DNA of 64,000 nt, from positions 12,430,633 to 12,494,632 of the forward strand of contig OZ037769.1 in assembly GCA_964035545.1 (NCBI GenBank), in the 5' to 3' direction. The DNA is from Bugula neritina (Eukaryota > Animalia > Bryozoa). The notes below the pieces were generated by a model that did not search any database, was not told the origin of the DNA, and saw only the letters and a list, made by a program, of their open reading frames with translations. Each line of letters begins with the position of its first letter. The stretch's first letter is position 1. A program made the position numbers and the translations under genes. Below, piece by piece: positions 43,501-55,500 of the stretch.

Positions 43501-46500
43501 TATTAGAAGTGATATTTGCAGCACTAGTGACATGGTGTATTGGTCTCAAATGGGAACTAGTAATTCCAGTAAGAACTTTTCTATATTTACAACTATTAGT
43601 AAAGTTAGTGTTGCTTGGAACATTGTTAGTATATCTGGCAACAGTGTTAATACCATGGATAGTGGTTGAGTTAGCATCATGGTTAGTGGTTGAGTTAGCA
43701 CCACGGTTAGTGGTTGAGTTAATACCATGGTTAGCGGTTGAGCTAGTGTTAGTACCATGGTAGGCGGTTGTGTTAGCACCATATTTAGTGGTTATGCTTG
43801 CATCATGGTTAGTTGTTATGTTAGCACCATGATAAGCGGTTGTACTAACACCATGGTTAGTTGTGTTAGCTGGTAAAGTAGCTGATCTAATAGCACTTGC
43901 ATTAGATCCAACTAGAGCATTGGAAGATGTAGCTGTGGTGTGGTCGTCATGAGAGAAATGCTGTCGTTTTATGCTAGTAACAGTAGAGTTGCTGACAGGG
44001 TGCTTAATGTAAGGGTAGACAACCCTGCTACTTGCCTTCCGTCTCCTGGCAGGTTTAACGGGAGTTATGTTACTTCCAAACTGCTGAAACTGTTTCTCCC
44101 TCACGAAACCTGGCTGTATGTCAACACCATCATGCATATCTTGAGTGTTGTTTTTCTGCTGTGACTTCATTGTAGGTGGTGAGGTGCAAGATTCGTCAAT
44201 GCTTTTAGAAGCTGAAGGCGGTTTTGGTGATACAGAGTCAAGTTTTAGTTCAACAACCGATGCGTGACGTTGTTGGCCTGAATTCTTAAAAATGATATGG
44301 TATGAAAATTTACTATCAAAATAGCTCCGGTAATTTTAAGTACATACGTTTTTAAATTTTACTTAACAAAAGACAATATAATTGCAGATATAGAATAATT
44401 AACTTTACATTTTTAAAGCAGCTCTCTTTTACAAGTTCTAAATGATTGTCACCAGCAACTAATCTGTTTGAAAAGTTAACATGTTGGAATAAATTATCAA
44501 ACTCAAAGCGTAACAGTTACTGTGTTTAATAAATGGTGCTAGCTATGAATATAATCTTAGACACCATGAAATATGACAGTCAATGCAGGTGACAAAATCA
44601 TTAAAAATGTAATTCAATTAAGTGGTTTGACAATGAAAAATTTTACAAATGGTACTTTTCTAGTGAGCAACCAAAAATAAGAAAGCTTCTTATAGTACAA
44701 CTTTTATCATAAATCTTCACAAAAAATACTACCCTCAACACTGAAATATTATCACTTCATCACCTGCATGTTAAAATTGATCAACTTTCAAATGGTAGTA
44801 AAATCTTTTTTTTAGAAAGTCAGCATGATGAGTTATTCACAGCTAATCAAGAAATTAAAACAGTTACCTTCCTGGCAGAATAAAAGAACGCAAGTGATTC
44901 TCTGAGCATGCTCAAAGATACACAATAATCTGATACACTCTTGATGCCAGCTGCTGCTTCTATTATTAACCTGGTGATCATTTACCTGAGCTTTAACACC
45001 TGAAGTGCTGGTTTGAGGTGACGATGAGATTTCTGCTGTGGTTGTTGGCTTTACCTTGACTGTATTTTCTACTTCACCACCTCTTGGATATCGATAGTTT
45101 TCTACAAGAAAACAGATGTTGACAAGAAACTGTTGAACACATTTGGCGCCTATAGCATTAGTTCCAAGATATAACCACTCTTCAAGGTTATTTTGCTACA
45201 GTATATAGGTTTAGTTTGCTTGTTATATTGTTTGGTGTGTAAAAGACAATAACTGGGAGAAATTTGGCAAACATATTTTGCTTTGAGAAAAATTGTTCTG
45301 AACATAATTATGTCCAACTGAATCTGGTAGAGTTGGATATTCTATAAGTGAAATACTTGCATATTACTTACAAGACACTTGAGTTCTAACAAACTATTAC
45401 TAATATTATTTTGCAAGCAATCATACATATATTGCAAGATCACTTTCTATAAAATATAACATACCAATAACGGAAGTCTCGCACCAAGCTGGTGACGTCA
45501 ACAAAGCATATTGGACATATTTATATCAATTATTAACTACCCTAATCCGAAAGGTAAAATATCTCAGCTGAAAATATCTTTCCCTCACCTTTCTTCATTG
45601 CAGATCTGAGACTGGACTTGGGCGTTCTCTCTGTCGGCATATTTTGATCAGTGAGTTTTTCGACAGAGTTGGTATTGCTGGGGGACATTCTAGCTAGTGG
45701 TACTGTACTAACTGTATCATAGTCTTTATCACTAGGTAACTCTACATTGGTGGGATGGGAGGGTGGAGTGTGACCTTTATCTAGTTGAGTGATGCCTGTG
45801 TTACTGCCCCTACTATCACCTGCTGACACAAGTATTGGCTTAGCAGCAGAAGTTGTCTTCTCAACTTCTCTTTGTGGCAGGGGAGAAATGCAGACGTCTG
45901 ATTTATCAGTTGGTGAGTTGGTTTGCACAGGTGACACGGCCTCTCTTTTACCTTGATTTACTGCTGGCTTAGCATCTGGACCCTGGAAACCCAAAAAACA
46001 GTTTCAATACAAACTTGGCAATATCTATTGCCTTTCCAAGCAGAAGCATTTCATCATTGTTCGAAATAAAGATATTGTAAAAACTGCACAAAGTAAAATG
46101 GTAAAGGTAGGTACTGTGAACAGAAGATGGGATTAATGTGAAATTATAATATAGTAAAAGACTGTGTCACTTTGTGCAACCCTGTATCTATATTACATAA
46201 CAATACAACAAAAATCTATACTTTCTATATGCAGGTGAATGTGCTTTCATAATAGAAGTGAAGGAGGAGCATATGCTTATTCTGAGCTTTTCCTCAATAT
46301 ACAGACTATACTTACATTTGCTAGGCTATAAAGGCTCCTTCTACGTACTCTGCTATCCCCTTTGTGATTTCTAGTAGAGATCTTGCTTCTGTTGTCTCCA
46401 TCTACAGCATAGAACTATTAGTATACATCTTAACTCAACATTATACTACACTCTGCTACTACATATACTACACACTACATTACTACACACTACTACTACA

Positions 46501-49500
46501 TATACTAAACACTACTACTACATAATATATTACACACAAAAAGTACACACTACTATATATGTACTACACATCACCACTACTACATATATTACACGTTACT
46601 ACCACATACACTACAAACTACTACCACATGTACTACACACTACTACCACATGTACTACACACTACTACAACATGTACTACACACTACTTCAACATGTACT
46701 ACACACTACTACCACATATACTACACACTACTACCACATGTACTACACACTACTTCAACATGTACTACACACTACTACCACATATACTACACACTACTAC
46801 CACATGTACTACACACTACTGCCACATATACTACACACTACCACTAAACCAGAAGCACATACCATCCACAGACTCTACTATCAACTGAGCTGTAGATTTG
46901 GCCTCTCCTGTCCCATTCTTAGCCATCACAGTAAACTCGGCATCGTGATCAGCTGTGACATTGCATATTGTCAGCATGTAGTCACGGTTACCAAACTTTT
47001 CTATAAACATACAATAATAAAGTAATATAAGGTATTACATGCAACAGCTACTTTTAGTTATTATTTTGTAATAATGGAATGAGTTTTATAAAATGTATTG
47101 ATTTTTCAAACAAATTTTGAGCAAATGATTTCTTCCGAATGATTAAGATATATGTCTATAATGTGTGAATACACTCATGCGCACACACACACACAAACAC
47201 ACACACACATTACTCTTTTTTACCCGCACAAAATCAGGCATGGAAGAAGTGGGTAACTGATTGCTCATTATTTTCTGTTGACAGTGTAAATTGATTTTGT
47301 ATTATTATTGCAAAACATTTAAAATAATAATAATCAAAACCTAATGGTGAGACATAGATCATATTTGTATCCATAAGTTTATTGAGCTACCTATTTTGTA
47401 TGATGCTGAGGAATCGATTCTATGGCCGTCTTTGTACCACATGACTCTAGGTGGTGGAAGCGCCCTGACTTTGCAGCGAAACTTGACAGTGTCCCCTTCT
47501 GCAGCCTCTATGTCGTACAGCTCTTTGAGAAAGAGAGGTGCCTTCTGCTCCAGTTGATCCGACTCTAACAAAGCACCCACATGCAGTGTGAAATATAACA
47601 TTTGATATAAAATGAGTTCCATGTAAGAGCCTTATTATAAAACATGGAAGCAGCCTAAGCAGAAGCTGAGCCATCAATAAACATTCAGGTATGTTTAAAG
47701 CTCCTATATCTCTAAGAGAATCTGAGGTTTGAAAATCATCACGCTGGCAACTTATTATTTGAGAGATTTAGCTTGTAGCTTGAGAGCAACTATGACCAAA
47801 TGCTCTCTTTGGCATCAGCAAAGATTCTATGTTTAAAGCTGTGAGAATTTGAGGCTTATAAGTGAGCTAAAAATCACAACTTGGTTTTCTGTTTGTATCT
47901 TAAAGGCATTTACAGCCAAATGCTCTTTCTGGCATCACCAATAACGCTACCAAGATTTGAACCCGTGATGACCTAGCACTTACTAGGTCGTTGCTCTAAC
48001 CACAAGACCACAGCTGCTCACTTTGTACAACTAATGGAGAAAAGATAACTCCCACGTGAAACCTACGCACACAATTATTATGAAAATACTAAAAACTCTG
48101 GTGCAATAAAGACCCAAAAATGAGTTTAGTTGCCATGTGACCAGTGGTCCAGAAGTGTAGCTGAGACATCCCACTATATATGAGTGGTTGGTTACTGGCT
48201 CAGATTCTTCGACCTACAAGAGCCACAATGAGACAGGAAGTAAAAACTACCTTCGACTGTGAGTTCAAAGAGCCAATGGCTGCTGGACACATCGTTCTTG
48301 GCGATGCAGATATACTGGCCAGCGTCGGCAACCGATGTGAAGAATATTTCTAGAGTGTGTTTATCTTCATCTGACGTCATCTCGTATTTCTCTCCCGGTT
48401 CCAGTGAATCTGTCTCATCATCAGTGTCCTTGAACCAGAAGATGTCTGAAGAGAAAGTACAGGTTATATACTTTAGTACAGACACGTACAGCGTATACCA
48501 CAATGTGCAGTATGTATTACATGCACAGGATGCACAGTATATACTACAATATGTGGTGTGTTACATTTACAATGCATGCTGTGGTATAATAGCAACTGTT
48601 GAATATGTAATTTCAAAAAAACATACTTCACAGATGAACAGTTTGCAAATGGACAGGATTTGAAGCCTGTCTTTCCGAAATAACACTTTTGAAAGTCATC
48701 GATTAAATACTACATATATACAGTGTGTACTGCAATTATAAGGTGTAATGTAATAAACATATAAAACAAAGTGATTGTATTTATGCAAACAAGTCCATTC
48801 AAAACTGACGCTAATGTGAGGGACGTATTCGTACCGTAAGGTTGGTCACTGGAGACGGTGCAAGTAAACTTGGCTACATCACCACTGGTTACAGTAGCCG
48901 ACTTGGGTTTAGTCGTGAACCTTAAGGTGGCTCCATCTTGGCCCATCTCAGAGTAGGCTTTCTTCTGAGTTGATGAATTCAAATGATCTCTTTCTGCAAA
49001 CAAATAGAATATATAATGGTTGTTTCTGTGTGACAGGAATTGAGAGTAAAATTAGCTAATATTGTAGTAAACTGTGGGTTTTGAATGCAACTAGTGCCTA
49101 CATGCTCTAGAGAAAATAAGCCAAGTATCTGAATACGAATGAAGATAACTTTATTAGCATCAAATACAGCTTATGTGGTCCTACTACCAGTGAGCTCCAG
49201 TAGTAGTCTGAACTACACTGGAACTCGCTGGCTTTTATATACAAGCGAGACAAAGACATTCCTTTGTTGCCGAGATCGGGGTTCCGAAATGCCGAATATC
49301 GGCATTTCGGGACTCCGAAATGCCGAAACGTCGATTTTCGGCATATCGGCATTTCGGAAGACCGAAATGCCGATCTCAGCAACAAAGGACACACACAAAA
49401 GAAAGCAACATTAGTAAAAGAAAAGCACTATTAGTAAAAGAGATATTACATAACTTCAGAATGCGTATTTCAGTAAAATTACATTATGCTGAAAGCTTAA

Positions 49501-52500
49501 CAGTAATCACCATACTTAGGCATTAGCAAGCTAGCTTACTTAACTATAATTACAGCATTAAGAACGATACGCAACAGTATTTATAGTATACTGATGCACG
49601 CAGTTATTTCAGAACAATAGAGGATGAGAATCCATTACATTCTCCCCCCATCGAAAAGCATCCCCTTTTCGATAACAGAACAATGATTTCACACAAAACA
49701 AAAAAAACAAAAAAATAAAACACAAAAGTAGAAAAATATGCGATTAACAGAAAGTATTATGATTAGTCACACGTATCACAATAATATAAACAATAGTAGT
49801 ACCCGTAATATATACAGTCCGGGTGGCCAATGCTGGCGGCTCCCAATTGTCCGGTTCAGTTATTTGAGGTGGTGCACCAGGCTTTCTATCCCTTCTGTAC
49901 AACGGTCAAGGGTACCGGACCAGGCCTGGATTGCACTATCTAGGACGCACTCTCGGTAAGGAAGTGCCATACTCTGCCCGTGACGGGGCAATTGTGAGTG
50001 GGTCGGCTGGGTCTTCTCTTCTATCTGGCTGCCTGGTGCTCCAGGCTCTTTGCCCAGTCTTGCCAGCGCTACCCGTAGAGGCTGGGTGGTGGCTGCGGTA
50101 GCGCCATCTCCAATCAGCTGGGCGGGTAGTAGGGTCGTGGCCTCATCTTCTTCTTCTGGAGGGGGGTCCAAGTCAGTCATAGGTATGGGGTATCGCCACC
50201 TACCTCGGCCAACATTACCCGAAAGAGCTGGGTACCTGTTGTCCAGGTGACTGTGCTGGTCTGGGGGTAGTTGCTTTTGGAGAAGTCCGGTACTGCCAGG
50301 GCTGTTCTGCGACTGAGGCTCGGAGTTTTTACCCGTACTGGGTGTACCACTCCTCTGTGGGGACATCTCCATGTGTCCCACGTGGTAGTCCGCCAGATAT
50401 CTGGGGGGCCTTCTCGCCCTCTGACTCCTTTCCTGCTGTATAGGCGCTGCTGGTGCCAGTGGCTCCTCAGCTACCGCTGAAGGGGGGTCCCCGCCTTCAC
50501 CCGTAACACGGGTGGGGGTGTCCTCCCCCTGGAGGGGTGGTGGTCCTAGGGCTTGCTGTCGTTCTTGTTCCCGCTCCTCTCTCTGTTGTCGCTCCAGTTG
50601 CTCCAACAGGGCGGTTTGCTCCTGGTCCGCCTCTCTGGGGAACACAATTTCTACCTCTCGAGGGCGGGTGGCCTGTCCTCGACGGCTGGGCTGGCGGTGG
50701 GGCTCTAGGAGGGGTGGGGCTTGACCCACCGCGTCTGGGCTGGCCTGGTACGGCTTCAGGCGCTGCTCGCTCTGGACTGAGACCTGCCCAGAGCGCTCCA
50801 CACGGTACGTGTGGTTCGGCAGCACCTCCACCACGCAGTAGGGACCGACGAACTTGGGCTGAAGCTTAGCCGACTGTCCGCGTCGCCTACGATAGCTCAC
50901 CATCCAGACCCAGTCTCCCACCTGGTACAACGGGGGCTCTTCCGAGTCCTCTGTGCGGGTCTGCCACTGCTGGGTACGCAGTGCATCATGAGCTTTGCCC
51001 ATGATGTCTATCAGACCCTCCACATATTCGTGTACCGGTGACTCGGGGGCAGGAACATGGTATGTCAGGTGTTCCGGAACCCGCGTCTCTCGGCCTAGCA
51101 TCAGGAAGTTTGGGGTCTCCTGCGTGGCGGAGTGTGGTGTGCTGCGGTAAGCCCGCATGATTTGCGGCAGCACCACGTCCCATTCTTCTTGACCTCGACC
51201 AAGGAGCAGGCTCCTGAGGGCGTCACCCAACATCCTGTTGTTCCGCTCGACGACTCCGTTCCCTTGCGGGTGATATGGGGTGGTCCGACTCTGGTTCACC
51301 CCCCATATCCGGCAGAGGTCTCCCATGAGCTGGGACTGGAACTGGGCACCCTGGTCCGTATGTATCTGCTCGGGTAAACCGAGGTAACAGAACACATGTT
51401 GGTCCAGGGTCCGGGCCACCGTGGGGGCTGTTGCATCTGGAATAGCCAGAGCATCTGCCCACCGGGTAAAGTGGTCCGTGAGCACCAGTATCCAGGTGTT
51501 CCCTCTGGCGGATAACGGCATAGGCCCGACGAGGTCCACCGCCACTACTTGCCACGGTCGACCAGCGTATAGCCGGCGTCGACCAGTGGTTTCCGTGGGG
51601 CGGCCATGCTTGCTAGCTTGGCAGACCTCGCATTGCCGTACCCGCAGTCGTACGTCCCAAGTCATTCCGGGCCAATACCAACGCAGCCGCAGACACCTGA
51701 TGACCCGACTGACTCCAGAGTGAGCCTGCTTATGGGTGTCCCAGATCAGTTCCCGTCGGAGGGCGCGTGGACAGACGACGCGGTCCCTCTCCTGCTGACG
51801 GTTGTCTGCTGCTAACGTTATCATCAGGAGGCCATCAGGACTGACCTTGAGGGTGTCCCAGCGACGACAGAGGAGTTGGAACTCAACGTCTCCCTGCCGC
51901 TGCTGTTCCTCGCTAGGTCGTCGGCCCTCCTTCTTGGCCCGGAAGATGTCCGCTACCGCGCCGGGTAGCGTCTCCTGGAGTCGGCACAGCTCCTTGACGT
52001 TCTGGTACAGAGTGGGGTTGGCGTGAAGCGCCTGGACGTCGTCTGAGTGGGTTTCGGTTCGAAGATGGCCGTGCTCCCACCGATAGACGGCGCCCTCCCC
52101 TAACTCTGTTTCCACGTCAAGGCGAGCGGGTCCCCCGTCCCGCTGTTCAATGTGCAGGCATTGCTTACAGTCCTCTACCGGCCGGCGGCTCATGCTGTCG
52201 GCGTTCCCGTGCTTCCGGCCAGCACGGTGCTCTATCCGGTAAGAGAACTCGGCAAGAATCTTTAGCCAACGAGCCACCTGGCTCGAGGGCTCTGCACGTT
52301 TACACAGCCATATCAGTGATGCATGGTCTGTTCGCAAACGGAACGTTCTCCCATACAGATATGGCCGAAAGTGCTTGACCGCCTTGACTACTGCTAGGAG
52401 TTCCTTCCTAGTGGTGCAGTAGTTCTTCTCGGCGGCCGCGAGAGTCTTGCTGTAGTAAGCCACGACCACCTCACTTCCACCCTGGACTTGAGACAGGACA

Positions 52501-55500
52501 GCTCCCACGCTGTGGTCGCTGGCATCGGTGTCCAGGATGTACTCTTGGGCTGGATCAGGATACGCCAGAATTGGCGCCTCCATTAGCCGCTGCTTGAGGT
52601 GGTCGAATGCCTGCTGCTCCTCCTGTGTCCACTGCCACCGGACCCCCTTTGCGGTCAGCCGATTCAACGGCTGAGCCACTCCTGCGAAGCCAGGTATGTA
52701 CTGCCGGTAGTACCCTACTAGGCCCAGGAACGCGCGCAACTCAGGGAGGTCACGGGGGACAGTCCACTCCTTCACAGCCTGTACCTTCTCCGGGTCGGTA
52801 GCGACCCCATCACGGCCAACCACATGGCCCAGGTACGTGACTTCCGGCTGCAGAAGTGCACACTTGGAGGGCTTCAGCTTCAGTCCAGCTGCCCGGAGAC
52901 GGTCAAAGACCTCCCGCAGACGACTGACATGAGTCGAGAAGTCTGGGGAGATGACAATGACGTCGTCCAGATAGATGAGGAGGGTCTTCCAGTGTAACCC
53001 ACTGAGGACCTGCTCCATGAGCCGTTGGAAAGTTGCCGGAGCGGACGTTAATCCAAATGGCAGTACTTTCCACTTCCAGAGCCCGTCGCGGGTGATGAAT
53101 GCTGCTTTGTCCTGGGCATCAGGACTGAGGGGTACTTGCCAGTACCCGCTAAGCAGATCCAAAGTACTGAAGTACTTGCTACCCGCGAGAGCATCCAGAG
53201 ACTCATCTATCCGTGGGAGAGGGTAGGCGTCCTGGATGGTAACGCTGTTGAGTCTGCGGTAGTCCATGCAGAATCTCCAGCTACCATCCTTCTTCTTGAC
53301 AAGGACTACTGGAGAGCTCCACGCACCGTGGGCAGGCTCAATCAGATCCCGGTCGAGAAGATCCTGTACCTGTCGGCTCACCTCCTTCTCCTTCTCCGGG
53401 CCTAGACGCCGGGTAGGCTGCCTGATGGGAGTGGTGCCGGCTGCCAGGGGTATCTCGTGGGAGATGACCTTGGTCAGCCCCATGTCTCCATCGCCACGAC
53501 TGAAGACATCACTGTACTCCGCAAGTAGTTGAGCCAGTACTTGGCGTTCAGTACTACTTGTACAGTTTCCGCACGCTCCATCGTATAGGTCAGCCATATG
53601 CTCCGGGACTGCTCCTCGTCTGGTGTGAGGGGGGTTCCCCTGGGTGTCGGCCACTGTCTCCAGTGCCGGACCCACATCCGCTTCCTGGATGGAGTGGTAC
53701 TTCCCCACCAGCGCTCCAGCCGATAATCGGACAGGTTCCGTGAAGGGGTTGATGCACTGCACGAGGAGCTCCTGCCGACAATCTAGCCGATTCAGGCTGT
53801 TTGCTAGTCGGATCGCTCCGTGCGTTCCCTCAACCACCCCCAGGCCGGCGATCCCCTTGCAGTTGACTCTGCAGCGAAGAGTCGCCTGGGATCTCCCCGG
53901 AACCGTGCAGTCCCGCACTACCTGGACTCCGCCCACCAAGGGCCTTCCGAACTTGTCGACGCAGACAAGCTCCTTCCCAGCCATCACCACCACTGACTTC
54001 TGGAAATCCATGTGACACTGGTGTTTCTCCAGAAACGGCATTCCCAGGATGGCGTCCTCCTTCAGCTGGCTGACTATGAACGTCTCGTGAATTGCTTGAT
54101 CACGGACGCGTTCAGGTAGTGAAATGACGCCGTAGAAAGGAATGCATGATCCGTCCGCCAACGTACCATGCGCACCTTCATACGGCTCGAGGCTCGCCCG
54201 CTCTCGTGCACCAAGAGTGTCAAAGAGACGCCTACTCAGCAGGTTGGTAGTGCACCCAGTATCCAGTAGGAATGTGGCAGCTTTACCCGAAATCTTTCCG
54301 GGCAGGAAGTAGCTGCTTCCATACGGCTGGGTGCTCCTGGAGCGGTCAGTCTCTGGGGGAGACACAACTTGGGTCCGCACAGCGGGCCTCCTCTTCGTCT
54401 TAGAGACAACGGGGGTTTTCTGAGGTCGGGAGGGTAGCTTGGGGTACTCTTGCGAGTAAGCTGAATCCTCCTCCACAACCTCCTCGGGCAACCCCGCGAA
54501 CCGGTTCTGGAGTGGCCAGGCCGGAGGATCGGGTAGACCTTGCGGTCTCCGAGATCTCTGTGGCCTCTGCCACTCGGTATCGGTAGACCCTGTGGAGGTC
54601 TCTTCTTCTCCTCTCCGAGTCCTATCCCGGATGGGATTGGCGTGAGGCCCACGGTTGGCGGAAGTTACCGTGAGCCTTGGGTGTTTAAAGGCCCTTGGCC
54701 TCTAGGGCAGTGCCTCCTCATGTGCCCTTGCGCCCCGCACCCCCAACAGGTTAGCAGAGATGGGCGGACAGGGTTGTCCCGTGATCGGGGAGCCCGCCTA
54801 TCCGCCTGTTCGCTCTGCAACTTCGTCACCGTAGCCTGCAGGCCTTTCATCATGTCCATTAACATGGTGAGCTGCGTCTGCTCGGGTGATTTAGTTGCAG
54901 CTGCTGCTACCTGTGGAGTTGGAAGTGGGGTGGTCTCCTCACGCTCCTCGACCACTTGGCGGGCTGTATAGCTCGGTCGCCTAGGCTCTTCCACCTGGAA
55001 GTAAGCCTTCCCCATTTCCAGCGCCTCCTCTATACTGTTGACCTTGGCGGCCAGCCAGTATCGCTGCAGGTCCGGGTGATTCACGCTCCGGAAGAACGCG
55101 TTGTAAACGAGGCGCTTCCGGTCATTGCCAGTGGCGTGACCGAAAGCAGCCTGAGCCAGGCGCTCTACCTCGTTTGCGTGGTCTTCCAGGGGAGTCCTTC
55201 GGTCCCTCCTCATGATCTGCAAACGATCAGCTGCTTCTTCGGCTGTTAGGCCGAACCGGGCTCTGAGAGCCCGCATGATGTGCTCTTCATCAGGCCCAAG
55301 AGCGAAGCTCTTGGCCCGGCCTGTCAGACAGGCCCGAAGTTGGAGGATGCGCACCCGTACTGGCCATTCAGCGATGGTGGCCACATCCTGGAACTCCCTG
55401 ATGAATTGCTCTACGTCTCCTTCTCCTCCGAAATTCGGGGGCTGGAGGCGATACCTCTCACCAGGTGTTGCCTGTCCTTGCCCCCGCAATCCCTGGAGGG

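Noticed and set aside
46443-47025. Regular repeats as a possible CRISPR-like array or His/Thr protein
   Set aside because: Head-to-tail minisatellite with no unique spacers, eukaryotic intron, no cas genes. The same applies to 60057-60243 and the LTR 12-mers.
49107-49526. Short ORFs duplicated at 55665-56084
   Set aside because: They are duplicated only because they lie in the LTRs; the repeated peptides come from the palindromic 12-mer.
49640-49860. Possible env or third ORF
   Set aside because: Only ~220 bp lie between the pol stop and the PPT; no signal peptide or TM ORF.
54489-54491. Independent start for the 1543-aa pol ORF
   Set aside because: The codon is TTG, and the frame is open further upstream to the slippery site, so frameshifting explains it better.
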